Notes: generated by a model from the letters alone, not told the origin. Positions 39,646-49,487 are shown, counted from the first letter of the stretch. The stretch: 64,000 bases of DNA from Treponemataceae bacterium (GCA_963678065.2 CAXXVZ010000004.1:32001-96000); one strand, 5' to 3'. A program made the numbers and translations.

Positions 39646-40662
39646 ATGATCGCGAACACCGATGAATTGAGAAAAGCATACAGCAATATCTGGGTCATGG
39701 CGGAAGTTCAGGGGAACCGTATCCAGAAAGTGACCTTCGAACTCCTCGGGGCCGCGAGGTCCCTCGCCGATGCCCGAAAATCCGAGCTGTGGTGTGTCGT
39801 TCTGGGCACGGGACTGGAGCCGGAACTGGAGGCCCTTTTCCACGGAGGAGCCGATGTGGTCCTCGTCGTGGACGACCCGCGATTCGCCGAGTTCGTGGAC
39901 GAAGACCAGGCGGCCGTCCTCGTTCGCCTGATGAAAACACACAGACCGGAAGTCGTCGTGTGCGGCGCCACGACGCGCGGTCGCGCCCTCATTCCCCGCG
40001 TGGCGGTCCGGGCCAACTGCGGACTCACGGCCGACTGCACCGGCCTCGGCATTGACCCCGAAAACGGTGATCTTTTGCAGACTCGGCCCGCTTTCGGGGG
40101 AAACATAATGGCCACCATCAGGTGCTCCAACCACAGACCCCAGATGGCCACTGTACGGCCGCGCGTCATGAACGCGCTCGCGCCTGATCCCTCCAGGACC
40201 GGCCGCATCCTCCGCGAAACCTTCCTCGACTCCGAAGAAACAAAGCTGAAAAAGGTGATCGAGATCTTCCACGACACGGAGAACACCGTCAACCTGGCCG
40301 ACGCCCGCTTCATCGTCTCCGGCGGACGCGGCATGAAGGGGCCGGAGGGCTTCAAGCTCCTGAAAAGCTTCGCCGAGCACGTCGGCGGAGCGGTCGGCGC
40401 CAGCAGGGCCGCGGTCGACTCAGGATGGGTTCCCTACAGCCATCAGGTGGGCCAGACCGGTCAGACAATACAGGCCCAGGTATATGTCGCCTGCGGGATC
40501 TCCGGGCAGATACAGCACCTGGTCGGCATGCAGTCCTGCGACTACATCATCGCCATCGACAAGAATCCGGACACCCCGATGATGCAGCTGGCCGATCTCG
40601 CCATTACCGGCGACCTCTTCGAAGTGATACCCGAGCTCATCCGCCGGCTCGCGGAGACTTGA
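39646..40662 (+). CDS. etfA: Electron transfer flavoprotein alpha subunit
   Basis: GLTADCT, RPAFGGN, MATVRP, SGGRG, GASRAAVD, QVGQTG, GISGQIQH. Confidence 0.95.
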   Translation: MIANTDELRKAYSNIWVMAEVQGNRIQKVTFELLGAARSLADARKSELWCVVLGTGLEPELEALFHGGADVVLVVDDPRFAEFVDEDQAAVLVRLMKTHRPEVVVCGATTRGRALIPRVAVRANCGLTADCTGLGIDPENGDLLQTRPAFGGNIMATIRCSNHRPQMATVRPRVMNALAPDPSRTGRILRETFLDSEETKLKKVIEIFHDTENTVNLADARFIVSGGRGMKGPEGFKLLKSFAEHVGGAVGASRAAVDSGWVPYSHQVGQTGQTIQAQVYVACGISGQIQHLVGMQSCDYIIAIDKNPDTPMMQLADLAITGDLFEVIPELIRRLAET

Positions 40663-40874
40663 TCCCGCGGAGTCCTGCCCCTGAGGAGTCCTGACCCGGC
40701 CATTCGTTGCGATCCCATCCCCCGCTCCCCTCTTTAGCGTCCGGCCGACTCCGCGAAGGCATCCAGTCCGGAAAAGTTTGCCGCGTCGGAGACGAATGCG
40801 GCTTGTCCTCCCGGCGGCGACGCGCTATACCCTTCAGGGACGGAGCACAGCGCATGCGAGAGGATTCAGGGCAC

Positions 40875-42218
40875 ATGAGCGATCGATTCGGGTCCACGGA
40901 GGAGGCCTACAACCTGAGGACAGCCCTCAGGAAGCTCGAGCACTATTCCCGCGCCGCGGGCGTATCCTCCCGGCTGATCGACGAAAAGGGTCAGTCCCTC
41001 GGCGTCTTCGACCACGAAGGCAATCCCCTGCCTCAGACCACAGAAAATCGGGACTGCGGCTGTGTCGTATCCGGCATTCTCGGGGGCGATGAACCCGGGG
41101 AAGACCTTCGGGCCCATCTTTTCGGGGCCTTCCAGGCCGAACGATTCGGGGGAAAATACATCCAGCTCTGTCCCCATTCCCTGCTGTTCTGGACTGCCCC
41201 GATCATCGTCGACGGCATCATGCGGGCATCTTTCATCGGCGGCCCCGCGATGGTGGTGGATCCGAAGGAAGTGTTCGAGGAGCTTCTGTCGTCCGGCCGC
41301 ATTCCCGCGGGCAAGGAGCGCGAAATCCGCGCCGCACTGGAATCCGTTCCCCGGATCGAGCCCTTGCGGGCGGCGAGCCTGGCCGAGATCCTCGCCGACG
41401 AGGCGGCCGCTGTCTGCGTCGCCCGGCCGGATCAGCTCGAGGCCAACCGCGGGCGCCAGGAACAGCAGGCGCGCATTTCGGAGTACATCCACGGAATAAA
41501 AACGGAAAATGACGGTTCCGATGGCTCCCCCCCCTATCCGATCGAGAAGGAGCGGGAACTCCTCCTCCTCATTGCCGGCGGGAACAGGCCCGAGGCCCAG
41601 CGCCTGCTGAACGAGATACTCGGCCACATTTTCTTTTCGAGCGGCCAGGATCCCGGCGTTCTCAAGGCGCGCGTCCTCGAACTCGTCGTGTTGCTCTCGC
41701 GGGCCGCCCTGGACGGGGGCGCCGACATCGAGCAGATATTCGGGCTCAACTTTACCTATCTGAACCAGATACAGCGGATGAGGAGCGCGGACGAAATAGC
41801 GTATTGGCTGTCCCGGATCATGACCCGGTTTTCGGAGCTGGTATTCACGCTGAAAAACGTCAAGCACGCCAGCGTCATGCAGAACGCCCTGAAATACATC
41901 GGCGCCCGTTACACCGAAAACCTCACGCTCGACGACGTGGCCGGAGCGGTCTTTCTCAGCCCGACATATTTCAGCAAGCTGTTCAACGAAGAGATGAAGT
42001 GCCGGTTCACGACATATCTCAACAGTCTCCGGATCGCGAAGGCGAAGCTTCTGCTGAAGAATTCCGATATCTCCCTGGTCGACATAGCGGGACTCATCGG
42101 CTACGAGGACCAGAGCTATTTCACGAAAATGTTCAAGAAAATGACCGGCGTCTCGCCGGGGCGGTACCGCGAAGCGAAAGGCAGATCGGATGACAATCAA
42201 GAGATCCATGAAGAGTGA
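40875..42218 (+). CDS. AraC family regulator with N-terminal PocR-type ligand-binding domain
   Basis: CPHSL..APIIVDG..IGGP PocR pattern; C-terminal LSPTYFSKLF, GYEDQSYFTKMFKK.TGVSP. Confidence 0.85.
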   Translation: MSDRFGSTEEAYNLRTALRKLEHYSRAAGVSSRLIDEKGQSLGVFDHEGNPLPQTTENRDCGCVVSGILGGDEPGEDLRAHLFGAFQAERFGGKYIQLCPHSLLFWTAPIIVDGIMRASFIGGPAMVVDPKEVFEELLSSGRIPAGKEREIRAALESVPRIEPLRAASLAEILADEAAAVCVARPDQLEANRGRQEQQARISEYIHGIKTENDGSDGSPPYPIEKERELLLLIAGGNRPEAQRLLNEILGHIFFSSGQDPGVLKARVLELVVLLSRAALDGGADIEQIFGLNFTYLNQIQRMRSADEIAYWLSRIMTRFSELVFTLKNVKHASVMQNALKYIGARYTENLTLDDVAGAVFLSPTYFSKLFNEEMKCRFTTYLNSLRIAKAKLLLKNSDISLVDIAGLIGYEDQSYFTKMFKKMTGVSPGRYREAKGRSDDNQEIHEE

Positions 42219-42352
42219 TCCGCGCGGTTTTTTAAGGTGAGCGCGGTGCGGGGGACGGGCTTTGAGTCGCGAATGAGGGTCTGCGGAAAAAGAAGCGCAT
42301 AGGCTTCCGCGCGATCCTGATGTGGTACTATGCTCGAAAGAGGGAGGATCCG

Positions 42353-45109
42353 ATGGCCCTGTTCCCGCGCAACCTCGGAGCCCTGGCTGGGAAGCCGGCA
42401 GGCAGCACAACAAGACCGGACCCGGAGCATGAAAAACGGCTCCGGAGTATCTGTGCCGTCTCCGTGGACGAGGCTCTGACCGAGCTCGAATCCCGGAAAA
42501 CCGGCCTCTCCGCAGAGGAAGCCCGGGACAAGATCCACCGCTTCGGCCCGAACGTCCTCGCGAGCGAAAAGAAACGCGGATTTCTCCTCCAGATTCTGGA
42601 TCGCTTCAAGGATCCCCTCGTCATCCAGCTTCTCGTGATCGGCCTCATCTCGTTCGCGATGGGAGACATGAGGGCCGGCGTCGTCGTTTCGGGGATGATT
42701 TTCATCAGCGTCTTCATCGCCTGGTTCCAGGAAAGGCGCTCGGGCGAGGCCGCGGAAAGGCTTCGCGCGATGGTCCAGGCCAGCGCCGTCGCCCTGCGCG
42801 ACGGGGCGGAAGAGGAGATTCCCATAAGCGGAGTCGTACCTGGCGACATCGTCATCCTCGCCGCCGGCTCCATCATACCCGCGGACATGCGCATCCTCTC
42901 GGCGAAGGATTTCTTCGTCGCCCAGTCGGCGCTGACGGGCGAATCCATGCCGGTGGAGAAATTCGCCGGCCTTGAAACCTCCGTGCCGGCCGCGACAGCC
43001 ACCGCAGTGACCACAGCCCCCGCGGATGCTGTTGCCCGTCAGGCCGGCACCGTGCCCGCTGCCCCGGCCTCCTCGCCCGCGAGCGGAATCTTCGAAATCC
43101 CCGACGCCTGCTTCCAGGGCTCAACCGTCATCTCGGGCTCGGCGAAAGCCCTCGCCGTCAACACGGGCATGAGGACCTTCCTCGGCTCCGTGGCCGCGAA
43201 TCTCTCAGGGGAAAAAGGCTCCACCGATTTCGACTCAGGTATCCGCTCCTTCGTCGGACTCATGGTGCGCTTCATGATCATCATGGTCTCCCTGACCTTC
43301 CTCATAGTGGGACTCACCAAGGGCGACTGGGCCGAGGCCCTCCTCTTCGGCCTCTCCGTGGCCGTCGGCCTCACGCCGGAAATGCTCCCCATGATCGTCA
43401 CCGTCTGCCTCTCCAAGGGAGCCATCGCGATGTCCCGCAAGAAGGTCATCGTCAAGAAACTCAAGGCGATCCAGAACCTCGGGGCCATAGGCATCCTGTG
43501 CACGGACAAGACCGGCACCATCACCCAGGACAAGGTCATCCTCGAAAAACATGTCGACATCACGAACCGCACGAGCAGCGAAGTGCTTCTCTACGCCTGG
43601 ATGAACAGCTACTACCAGACGGGACTGCGCAACCTCCTCGACCTCTCGATCCTCTCCAACGAGGACCTCGACGTCGAGCGATCCTGCCGCAAGGTCGACG
43701 AGATCCCCTTCGACTTCACGCGCAAGCGCATGTCCGTCATCGTCGAGTACGAGGGCGCGAACGTCCTCATCTGCAAGGGAGCGGTGGAGGCGATATTCGA
43801 GACCTGCGACCGCTACCAGATCGACGACGACATCTTCCCCCTGATCGACATCATCCGCGACGACATCACCGAGGAATACTCGCGCCTCTCGGCCATGGGC
43901 TACCGCGTCCTCGCCGTCGCCTACCGCGAGTTCGAAAGCTCCAAAGAGAGCTTCTCCGCCCGCGACGAGACAGGCCTCATCCTCCTCGGGTACCTGGCCT
44001 TCTTCGATCCGCCCAAGGATTCCGCCGAAAAGGCGATAGCTTCCTTAGGCGAGCACGGCGTGCGCGTGAAAGTCCTCACCGGGGACAACGAACTCGTCAC
44101 GAGAAAGGTCTGCGCCGACGTGGGACTGGCCGATTCCCGCGTCATCACCGGGCGGGAGCTCGACGCGATGAGCCCGGAGGAGTTCAGGTCCGCCGCGCTC
44201 AGGCACGATGTCTTCGCGCGCCTCACGCCAGCCCACAAGGAAGGCATCGTCCGGGCGCTGCGCGCAGGCGGGCAGGTCGTCGGATTCATGGGCGACGGCA
44301 TCAACGACGCGGCCGCCATGCGGGCCGCGGATGTGGGCATATCCGTGGACTCGGCCGTCGATGTCGCGAAGGAATCGGCCGACATCATCCTTCTCGAGAA
44401 GAATCTCCTCGTCCTCGAACAGGGGATACTCGAGGGCAGACGGCTCTTCAACAACATCATCAAGTACATCCGGATGAGCGCGAGTTCGAACTTCGGCAAT
44501 ATGTTCTCGGTGATCGGAAGCGCCTTCCTCCTCCCCTTCCTGCCCATGGCGCCCATCCAGATCCTTCTCAACAACCTGCTCTACGATGTCTCTCAGACGG
44601 GCATCCCCCTCGATACGGTCGATCCCGAGAACGTGGCCCTCCCGCAGAAATGGGACATCTCGCTGATCCGGAAGTTCATGATAGCGGTGGGGCCGATCTC
44701 TTCGATCTTCGACTACGCGACCTTCGCCCTCATGTGGTTCGTATTCGGCTGCTCGGGGTGGCTCGCGCCGGGCGCCTCCGCGGCGACGAAGCTGCAGCTC
44801 GAAACTCTCTTCCACACAGGCTGGTTCGTCGAATCCCTCCTGACACAGACACTCATCGTGCACATCATCAGGACGAACCGCGTTCCCTTCATCCAGAGCA
44901 GGGCGAGCCTCCCCTTGAGTCTCACGACCCTGGCCGTCGCGGCGATCGGCATCGCCCTGCCCTACTCGCCCGTGGCGGGATTCTTCGGCCTCGCGCCCCT
45001 GCCCCCCTCATACTGGATCTGGATAGCGGGATTTCTCGCCGCCTACGGTGCGCTGACACACATCGTCAAAACCCGGTTCAACCGTCGCCATGGAGGGATC
45101 AAATCATGA
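42353..45109 (+). CDS. mgtA: Magnesium-translocating P-type ATPase
   Basis: TGES, VGLTPEMLPMIV, DKTGT, DEIPFDF, FDPPK, TGDN, GDGIND, ASSNFGNMFS, FHTGWFVES. Confidence 0.95.
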   Translation: MALFPRNLGALAGKPAGSTTRPDPEHEKRLRSICAVSVDEALTELESRKTGLSAEEARDKIHRFGPNVLASEKKRGFLLQILDRFKDPLVIQLLVIGLISFAMGDMRAGVVVSGMIFISVFIAWFQERRSGEAAERLRAMVQASAVALRDGAEEEIPISGVVPGDIVILAAGSIIPADMRILSAKDFFVAQSALTGESMPVEKFAGLETSVPAATATAVTTAPADAVARQAGTVPAAPASSPASGIFEIPDACFQGSTVISGSAKALAVNTGMRTFLGSVAANLSGEKGSTDFDSGIRSFVGLMVRFMIIMVSLTFLIVGLTKGDWAEALLFGLSVAVGLTPEMLPMIVTVCLSKGAIAMSRKKVIVKKLKAIQNLGAIGILCTDKTGTITQDKVILEKHVDITNRTSSEVLLYAWMNSYYQTGLRNLLDLSILSNEDLDVERSCRKVDEIPFDFTRKRMSVIVEYEGANVLICKGAVEAIFETCDRYQIDDDIFPLIDIIRDDITEEYSRLSAMGYRVLAVAYREFESSKESFSARDETGLILLGYLAFFDPPKDSAEKAIASLGEHGVRVKVLTGDNELVTRKVCADVGLADSRVITGRELDAMSPEEFRSAALRHDVFARLTPAHKEGIVRALRAGGQVVGFMGDGINDAAAMRAADVGISVDSAVDVAKESADIILLEKNLLVLEQGILEGRRLFNNIIKYIRMSASSNFGNMFSVIGSAFLLPFLPMAPIQILLNNLLYDVSQTGIPLDTVDPENVALPQKWDISLIRKFMIAVGPISSIFDYATFALMWFVFGCSGWLAPGASAATKLQLETLFHTGWFVESLLTQTLIVHIIRTNRVPFIQSRASLPLSLTTLAVAAIGIALPYSPVAGFFGLAPLPPSYWIWIAGFLAAYGALTHIVKTRFNRRHGGIKS

Positions 45110-45906
45110 GAAGTCTTTTGGATGCGCTCCAGGACGGACGCCTCGTCGAACTGCCCGATTGCGACAAGAAGCATGCCCTCGAACTGCTCGCCCTCATCAT
45201 CGAGGCCATTCCCGACATCGGCACGAAGACCGACCTCGTGAAGAACGTCATGGAGAGGGAGGAACAGTCGAACACGGGAATAGGGCGCGGCGTGGCCTGC
45301 CCGCACTGCCGTGTGGCGCTCGACGGGGAACTCCTGTGCGCTGTCGGATGGTCGCCCCTCGGCCTCGACTACGGCTCGCCCGACGGGAAAAAGGTCCACC
45401 TCCTCGTCATGTACTATGTGCCCGACGTGCAGAGGAACCTGTACCTGAAGGAAATTTCGGGGCTCGCGCGCGCGGTTTCGGCAGGCGATTCGATCGAGAC
45501 GCTCGCGACCTTGTCCGACATACAGACGGTGCGCGAAAAACTCCTCGACTGGGTGGGCATCGCGATCAGCGAGGCGAGCTCGGATGTCAAGGCGAGGATG
45601 ATAAAGCTCGAGGCGAGACAGGCCGCCGCCTCGGCGGCCATGGCCCTGCCTCCGGAAGTGGAGTCCATATCGGCCGCTGCCAGGATATTGCCCTTCCGCC
45701 TCGTGGCCTGGCCTTCGGGCCTCCTCGTCCTGTGCGCGGATGTCGCGCTCGCGGACAGTCTCGAGAAGCTCTCCGACCTCGGCCCGATGATCGAGGCCTC
45801 CCGGGAATTCGACGCGGCGGGTTTCAGGATCGCCGTACTCTCCCGCAGCGCCTACGCCGGCGAGCGCAGGGAGTACGAGGCGGTGGCCATCCAGCTGCGG
45901 CGCTGA
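45106..45906 (+). CDS. PTS EIIA (fructose/mannitol/Ntr family) domain protein with unknown C-terminal domain
   Basis: VMEREEQSNTGIGRGVACPH, GLDYGSPDGKKVHL; ATG overlaps the mgtA stop (ATGA). Confidence 0.82.
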   Translation: MRSLLDALQDGRLVELPDCDKKHALELLALIIEAIPDIGTKTDLVKNVMEREEQSNTGIGRGVACPHCRVALDGELLCAVGWSPLGLDYGSPDGKKVHLLVMYYVPDVQRNLYLKEISGLARAVSAGDSIETLATLSDIQTVREKLLDWVGIAISEASSDVKARMIKLEARQAAASAAMALPPEVESISAAARILPFRLVAWPSGLLVLCADVALADSLEKLSDLGPMIEASREFDAAGFRIAVLSRSAYAGERREYEAVAIQLRR

Positions 45907-45942
45907 GCGGGATTCTCCGATCAGCGGAATCCCCCGGCGACT

Positions 45943-46239
45943 TCAGATCAGGGCTTTCACGCAGGGAATCTTCCCGAGCGCGGCGTAGACGGCCCGCATC
46001 TGCTCAAGGTTCGCGAACATGACCGTCGCGGCGATCCTCGCGTACTTTCCGGGTTTCGTCGGGACCTCCGCGATCCGCGAACAGGGCACCGAGTTCGAAG
46101 CGAAAACCGTGGAGAGCTCGCTCCTCAGGGCCGAGCCTGTTTCGATGGAGTAGATGACCCTGAGGTCGAAGGTCTGGGGAAACTCGAGCTGCGCACCGCC
46201 AAAGGGCTGCGCGCAGGTCACGCTGTCGTCGTTCTGCAT
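45943..46239 (-). CDS. DUF493/YbeD-like small ACT-fold protein
   Basis: LEFPQTFDLRVI, GKY, Y.AL...P.VK..I. Confidence 0.65.
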   Translation of the reverse strand: MQNDDSVTCAQPFGGAQLEFPQTFDLRVIYSIETGSALRSELSTVFASNSVPCSRIAEVPTKPGKYARIAATVMFANLEQMRAVYAALGKIPCVKALI

Positions 46240-46466
46240 GTATCGAAATCTACACAGGAGAGAAGCTCCGTGTCGAGGACCCGAAAGATCGTGGCGCGGC
46301 GCACATCGAATCGTACATGACCGTGACGCGGTCCTCGCGGTAATCCGCCGCCCACTCGGTGTACTTCTGCAATATCGTTCCAACTCCACGTATATGCGAA
46401 CCGCGGACGCGGAGGCGTAACATCTGTTACAGGCCGCACAAGAAAAGGCCCGTTCAGTCAGAGACC

Positions 46467-46495
46467 TTGCCCTAGTGTTCCCTGAAATGTAAACT
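46467..46495 (+). promoter_or_regulatory. Putative sigma70 promoter for the 746-aa protein
   Basis: TTGCCC, 17 nt, TAAACT. Confidence 0.4.
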
Positions 46496-46549
46496 TAATT
46501 GTCAGGGATCGCTCATGCAGGATGACTGAGCGAGGCTAAGGAGAGCAGC

Positions 46550-48790
46550 ATGGATGTGACGGGAAAAGCAGCCTCAAACGGGCACAAGTGGAAATTCGTG
46601 CAGGTCGGAGGAGTTGATCAGGTCGTTATCAGGGATGGCGAGGATATCGCCCATATCCCCGAGCTGGATCAGAAACTCTGGGTCGCCCTCGCCATGCCTA
46701 AAAAAATTGCGGGTATTCCTGCCGAAACCCTCGATGCCCTCGACACGGACAAGGACGGCAGGATCAGAGCCCCGGAGATCATCGCCGCCATCCGTTTCCT
46801 GAAAGAGAGACTGTCCGGCCTGTCTCCCCTCTCCGTCCCTGGCGACTCTCTTTGCGTCACTTCCATCGCTCCGGCCGCATTGCGGGATTCTGCGCTCTGG
46901 ATTCTCGGCATGATCGGCAAGGACGGCGCACAGGAGATCGGCCTGGCCGACCTGGCCGCCGCCTCCGAGGTCTTCGGCCTCCAGCGCTTCAACGGCGACG
47001 GCATCATGCCTCCGGACTCCGCGGGGGAAGACTCGGCGAGCAGAGCCCTCATCGAGGACATCCTGAAATGCCTGCCGGGCGTCGCCGACGCGAGCGGAGT
47101 CCAGGGCGTCGATACCTCTGCCCTGGAGACATTCACTGCACAGGCACGCGCGTATGCGGCCTGGATGGACGCCTTCGCCGCCGATCCCCGGCTCAACACC
47201 TTCGGCGCCGCCGAAGGCGCCGTCGGAGGCAATGTTTCAGGCGCGCCGGCTGCAAACGATCCGGCATCCATGACCGCGAGCATCGCCGCGGCCGTCGCCT
47301 CCACGGAGGCGGTCCGCGCGAAGATCGACGACTGGTTCTTCCGCTGCCATCTCGCGGCGCTCGAGGGAGGCGCCCAGACCGATCCCTTCACCAACGGCAA
47401 GGAGGAGGATCGCGATCGTCTTCTCAGGACTTCCATCACCGTGAGCAACCCGGACCTCCTGTCCCTCCCGCTCGCCCGCATCGATCCTGCGGGAAAACTC
47501 TCCCTCAAGGGCCCATTCAACCCCGGCTGGACAACAGCCATGGCTGCATTCCGCAGCTCCGTGCTCCTGCCCCGCTCGGGATCGATTCCCGAAGTTCTCG
47601 ACTCAGACGGATGGGAAGACTTGAAAGCCGCCATCGCTCCCCTCGCGGCCTGGATGGCCTCGAAACCGGAGGGAGCCGTCGAGCTCCTCGGGCTCGCACG
47701 CATACAGGAGATTCTCGGGAGCGACGCGATGGCGCGTCTCGCCGCCCTCGTGGCCGAGGACGTGGCCTGGTCGGAAAAACGGCTTCTTATGGCCGAGCTC
47801 CGGAAGATGCTGCTCTTCCAGCGGGACCTGCCCAGAATCGTCAACAACTTCGTCAATTTTTCCGAGTTCTACAATCACAAATCCGCCGCCGTCTTCCAGG
47901 CAGGCACGCTCTACATCGACGGCAGAGCCTGCACACTCTGTCTGGAAGTCGACGACCCAGGCAGGCACGGCTCACTCGCGGGCATGTCGGCGACCTACCT
48001 CGCCTACTGCGCCTGCACCCGACCCGACGGGGCCAAGAAGACAATCGTTGCGGCTTTCACGGCGGGAGACGGGGATAATCTCTTCGTCGGCCGGAACGGC
48101 GTGTTCTACGACCGCGACGGAAAGGATTGGGATGCCACTGTCACCAAGCTCATGCCCCAGCCGATCAGCATCAGGGAGGCGTTCTGGAGCCCCTACAAGT
48201 GGCTCGGCAAGACCTTCGAGGAAATCGTCGGGAAACGGGCTTCCGCAGCCGACGCCTCCTCGCAGGCCAAACTCAAGGGTGCCACCGAGACGGCGGTCGC
48301 TGGCGTCGCCGACGGCAAGAAGGTCGAGCCGCCCAAGAAGTTCGAGGTCGGGACGGTCGCCGCCATCGGCGTAGCCCTCGGCAGCATCGGCGCCATGGTC
48401 ACGGGAATACTCGGCACCTTCCTCGGGCTCGGCGTCTGGATGCCGGCCGGCATCCTCGGGGCACTCCTCATGATCTCGGGTCCCTCGATGATCCTCGCCT
48501 ATTTCAAGCTCCGAAGGCGCAATCTCGGGCCCGTGCTGGACGCCTCGGGCTGGGCCATCAACGGCAGGCTCAAGATCAACGTACCCTTCGGACGGACCCT
48601 CACCTACACTGCGGCCCTCCCCTCCAACGCCGAGCGCTCCCTCATCGACCCCTACGCCGAGAAAAAACGCCCCTGGAAACTCATCCTCGCAGCCTCCGTC
48701 ATCCTTATCCTGGCCATCCTGTGGCTGCTGGGCGGCCTCAATCAGATACTGCCCAGAAACTGGTGGTACTCCACCCTCATCGGGAAATAA
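46550..48790 (+). CDS. Hypothetical membrane protein with an EF-hand-like loop
   Basis: 746-aa ORF with genome-typical codon usage and RBS AAGGAG; DTDKDGRIRAPE; three C-terminal hydrophobic segments. Confidence 0.8.
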   Translation: MDVTGKAASNGHKWKFVQVGGVDQVVIRDGEDIAHIPELDQKLWVALAMPKKIAGIPAETLDALDTDKDGRIRAPEIIAAIRFLKERLSGLSPLSVPGDSLCVTSIAPAALRDSALWILGMIGKDGAQEIGLADLAAASEVFGLQRFNGDGIMPPDSAGEDSASRALIEDILKCLPGVADASGVQGVDTSALETFTAQARAYAAWMDAFAADPRLNTFGAAEGAVGGNVSGAPAANDPASMTASIAAAVASTEAVRAKIDDWFFRCHLAALEGGAQTDPFTNGKEEDRDRLLRTSITVSNPDLLSLPLARIDPAGKLSLKGPFNPGWTTAMAAFRSSVLLPRSGSIPEVLDSDGWEDLKAAIAPLAAWMASKPEGAVELLGLARIQEILGSDAMARLAALVAEDVAWSEKRLLMAELRKMLLFQRDLPRIVNNFVNFSEFYNHKSAAVFQAGTLYIDGRACTLCLEVDDPGRHGSLAGMSATYLAYCACTRPDGAKKTIVAAFTAGDGDNLFVGRNGVFYDRDGKDWDATVTKLMPQPISIREAFWSPYKWLGKTFEEIVGKRASAADASSQAKLKGATETAVAGVADGKKVEPPKKFEVGTVAAIGVALGSIGAMVTGILGTFLGLGVWMPAGILGALLMISGPSMILAYFKLRRRNLGPVLDASGWAINGRLKINVPFGRTLTYTAALPSNAERSLIDPYAEKKRPWKLILAASVILILAILWLLGGLNQILPRNWWYSTLIGK

Positions 48791-48813
48791 GGCGCGGATC
48801 GCGGAAAGGGAGT

Positions 48814-49437
48814 TCAGGAGACAATGCGGAGCTTCGTCAGTCCGTCGTAGATGAACTGAACGGAGAGGCCCGCCAGGAGGAGGCCCATGATCCGCTCCAC
48901 GACGGAGACGCCCGTCTTGCCGAGGACCTTGAGCACGATCCCCGAGGCGGAAAGCGCGAGGAACATCGCGACGAGGGCGACGATGATGGCCACGAAGAGC
49001 ATCAGGGTGGTAGTAAAGAAGGGATAGTCTCCCGCCGAATACAGCATGATAGTGGTCACCATGCCCGGACCCGCGATCATGGGGATGGCGAGAGGAAAGA
49101 CCGCGATGGAATTGTGCTCCTCTTCCGGGTTTTCGTCGCTCGAAACCCTCGAGCGCTTGGGCTGGCCGAAAAGCATGTCGATGGCGATGAGGAAAAAGAG
49201 GAAACCACCCGCGACATAGAATGACCCCGGCAGGATGCCGAAAAAGCGCAGAATGATCCTTCCTCCGAGGATGAACACCGAAAGCACGATGAAGGAAGTC
49301 ATGATGGCCGTCTTGATCGTCTGTTTTTTCGCCGCCGCGGACAGATCGCCGGAGAGAGAAATGAACAGGGGGACGGCGCCGAGCGGGTCCATGACGACGA
49401 GTGAGGTGAGAAGTATCCGTAGAAACAGTTCGCTCAT
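48814..49437 (-). CDS. marC: MarC family membrane protein
   Basis: MDPLGAVPLF, FPLAIPMIAGPG, RIMGLLLA. Confidence 0.92.
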   Translation of the reverse strand: MSELFLRILLTSLVVMDPLGAVPLFISLSGDLSAAAKKQTIKTAIMTSFIVLSVFILGGRIILRFFGILPGSFYVAGGFLFFLIAIDMLFGQPKRSRVSSDENPEEEHNSIAVFPLAIPMIAGPGMVTTIMLYSAGDYPFFTTTLMLFVAIIVALVAMFLALSASGIVLKVLGKTGVSVVERIMGLLLAGLSVQFIYDGLTKLRIVS

Positions 49438-49487
49438 GAATCCACTGTAGGTTATGAGCGCGGCAGAAGGCAATACGAAATTGCGGT

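Noticed and set aside
42219..42352. Mg2+ riboswitch or MgtL-type leader upstream of mgtA
   Set aside because: The spacer is short, a likely extended -10 (TGgTACTAT) sits about 20 nt before the start, and no M-box or Pro-rich leader is recognisable.
43498..45105. Apparent 802-aa ORF suggesting a large EIIA fusion
   Set aside because: The N-terminal part is an Arg/Pro-rich alternate frame inside mgtA; the real gene starts at ATG 45106 after GGAGG.
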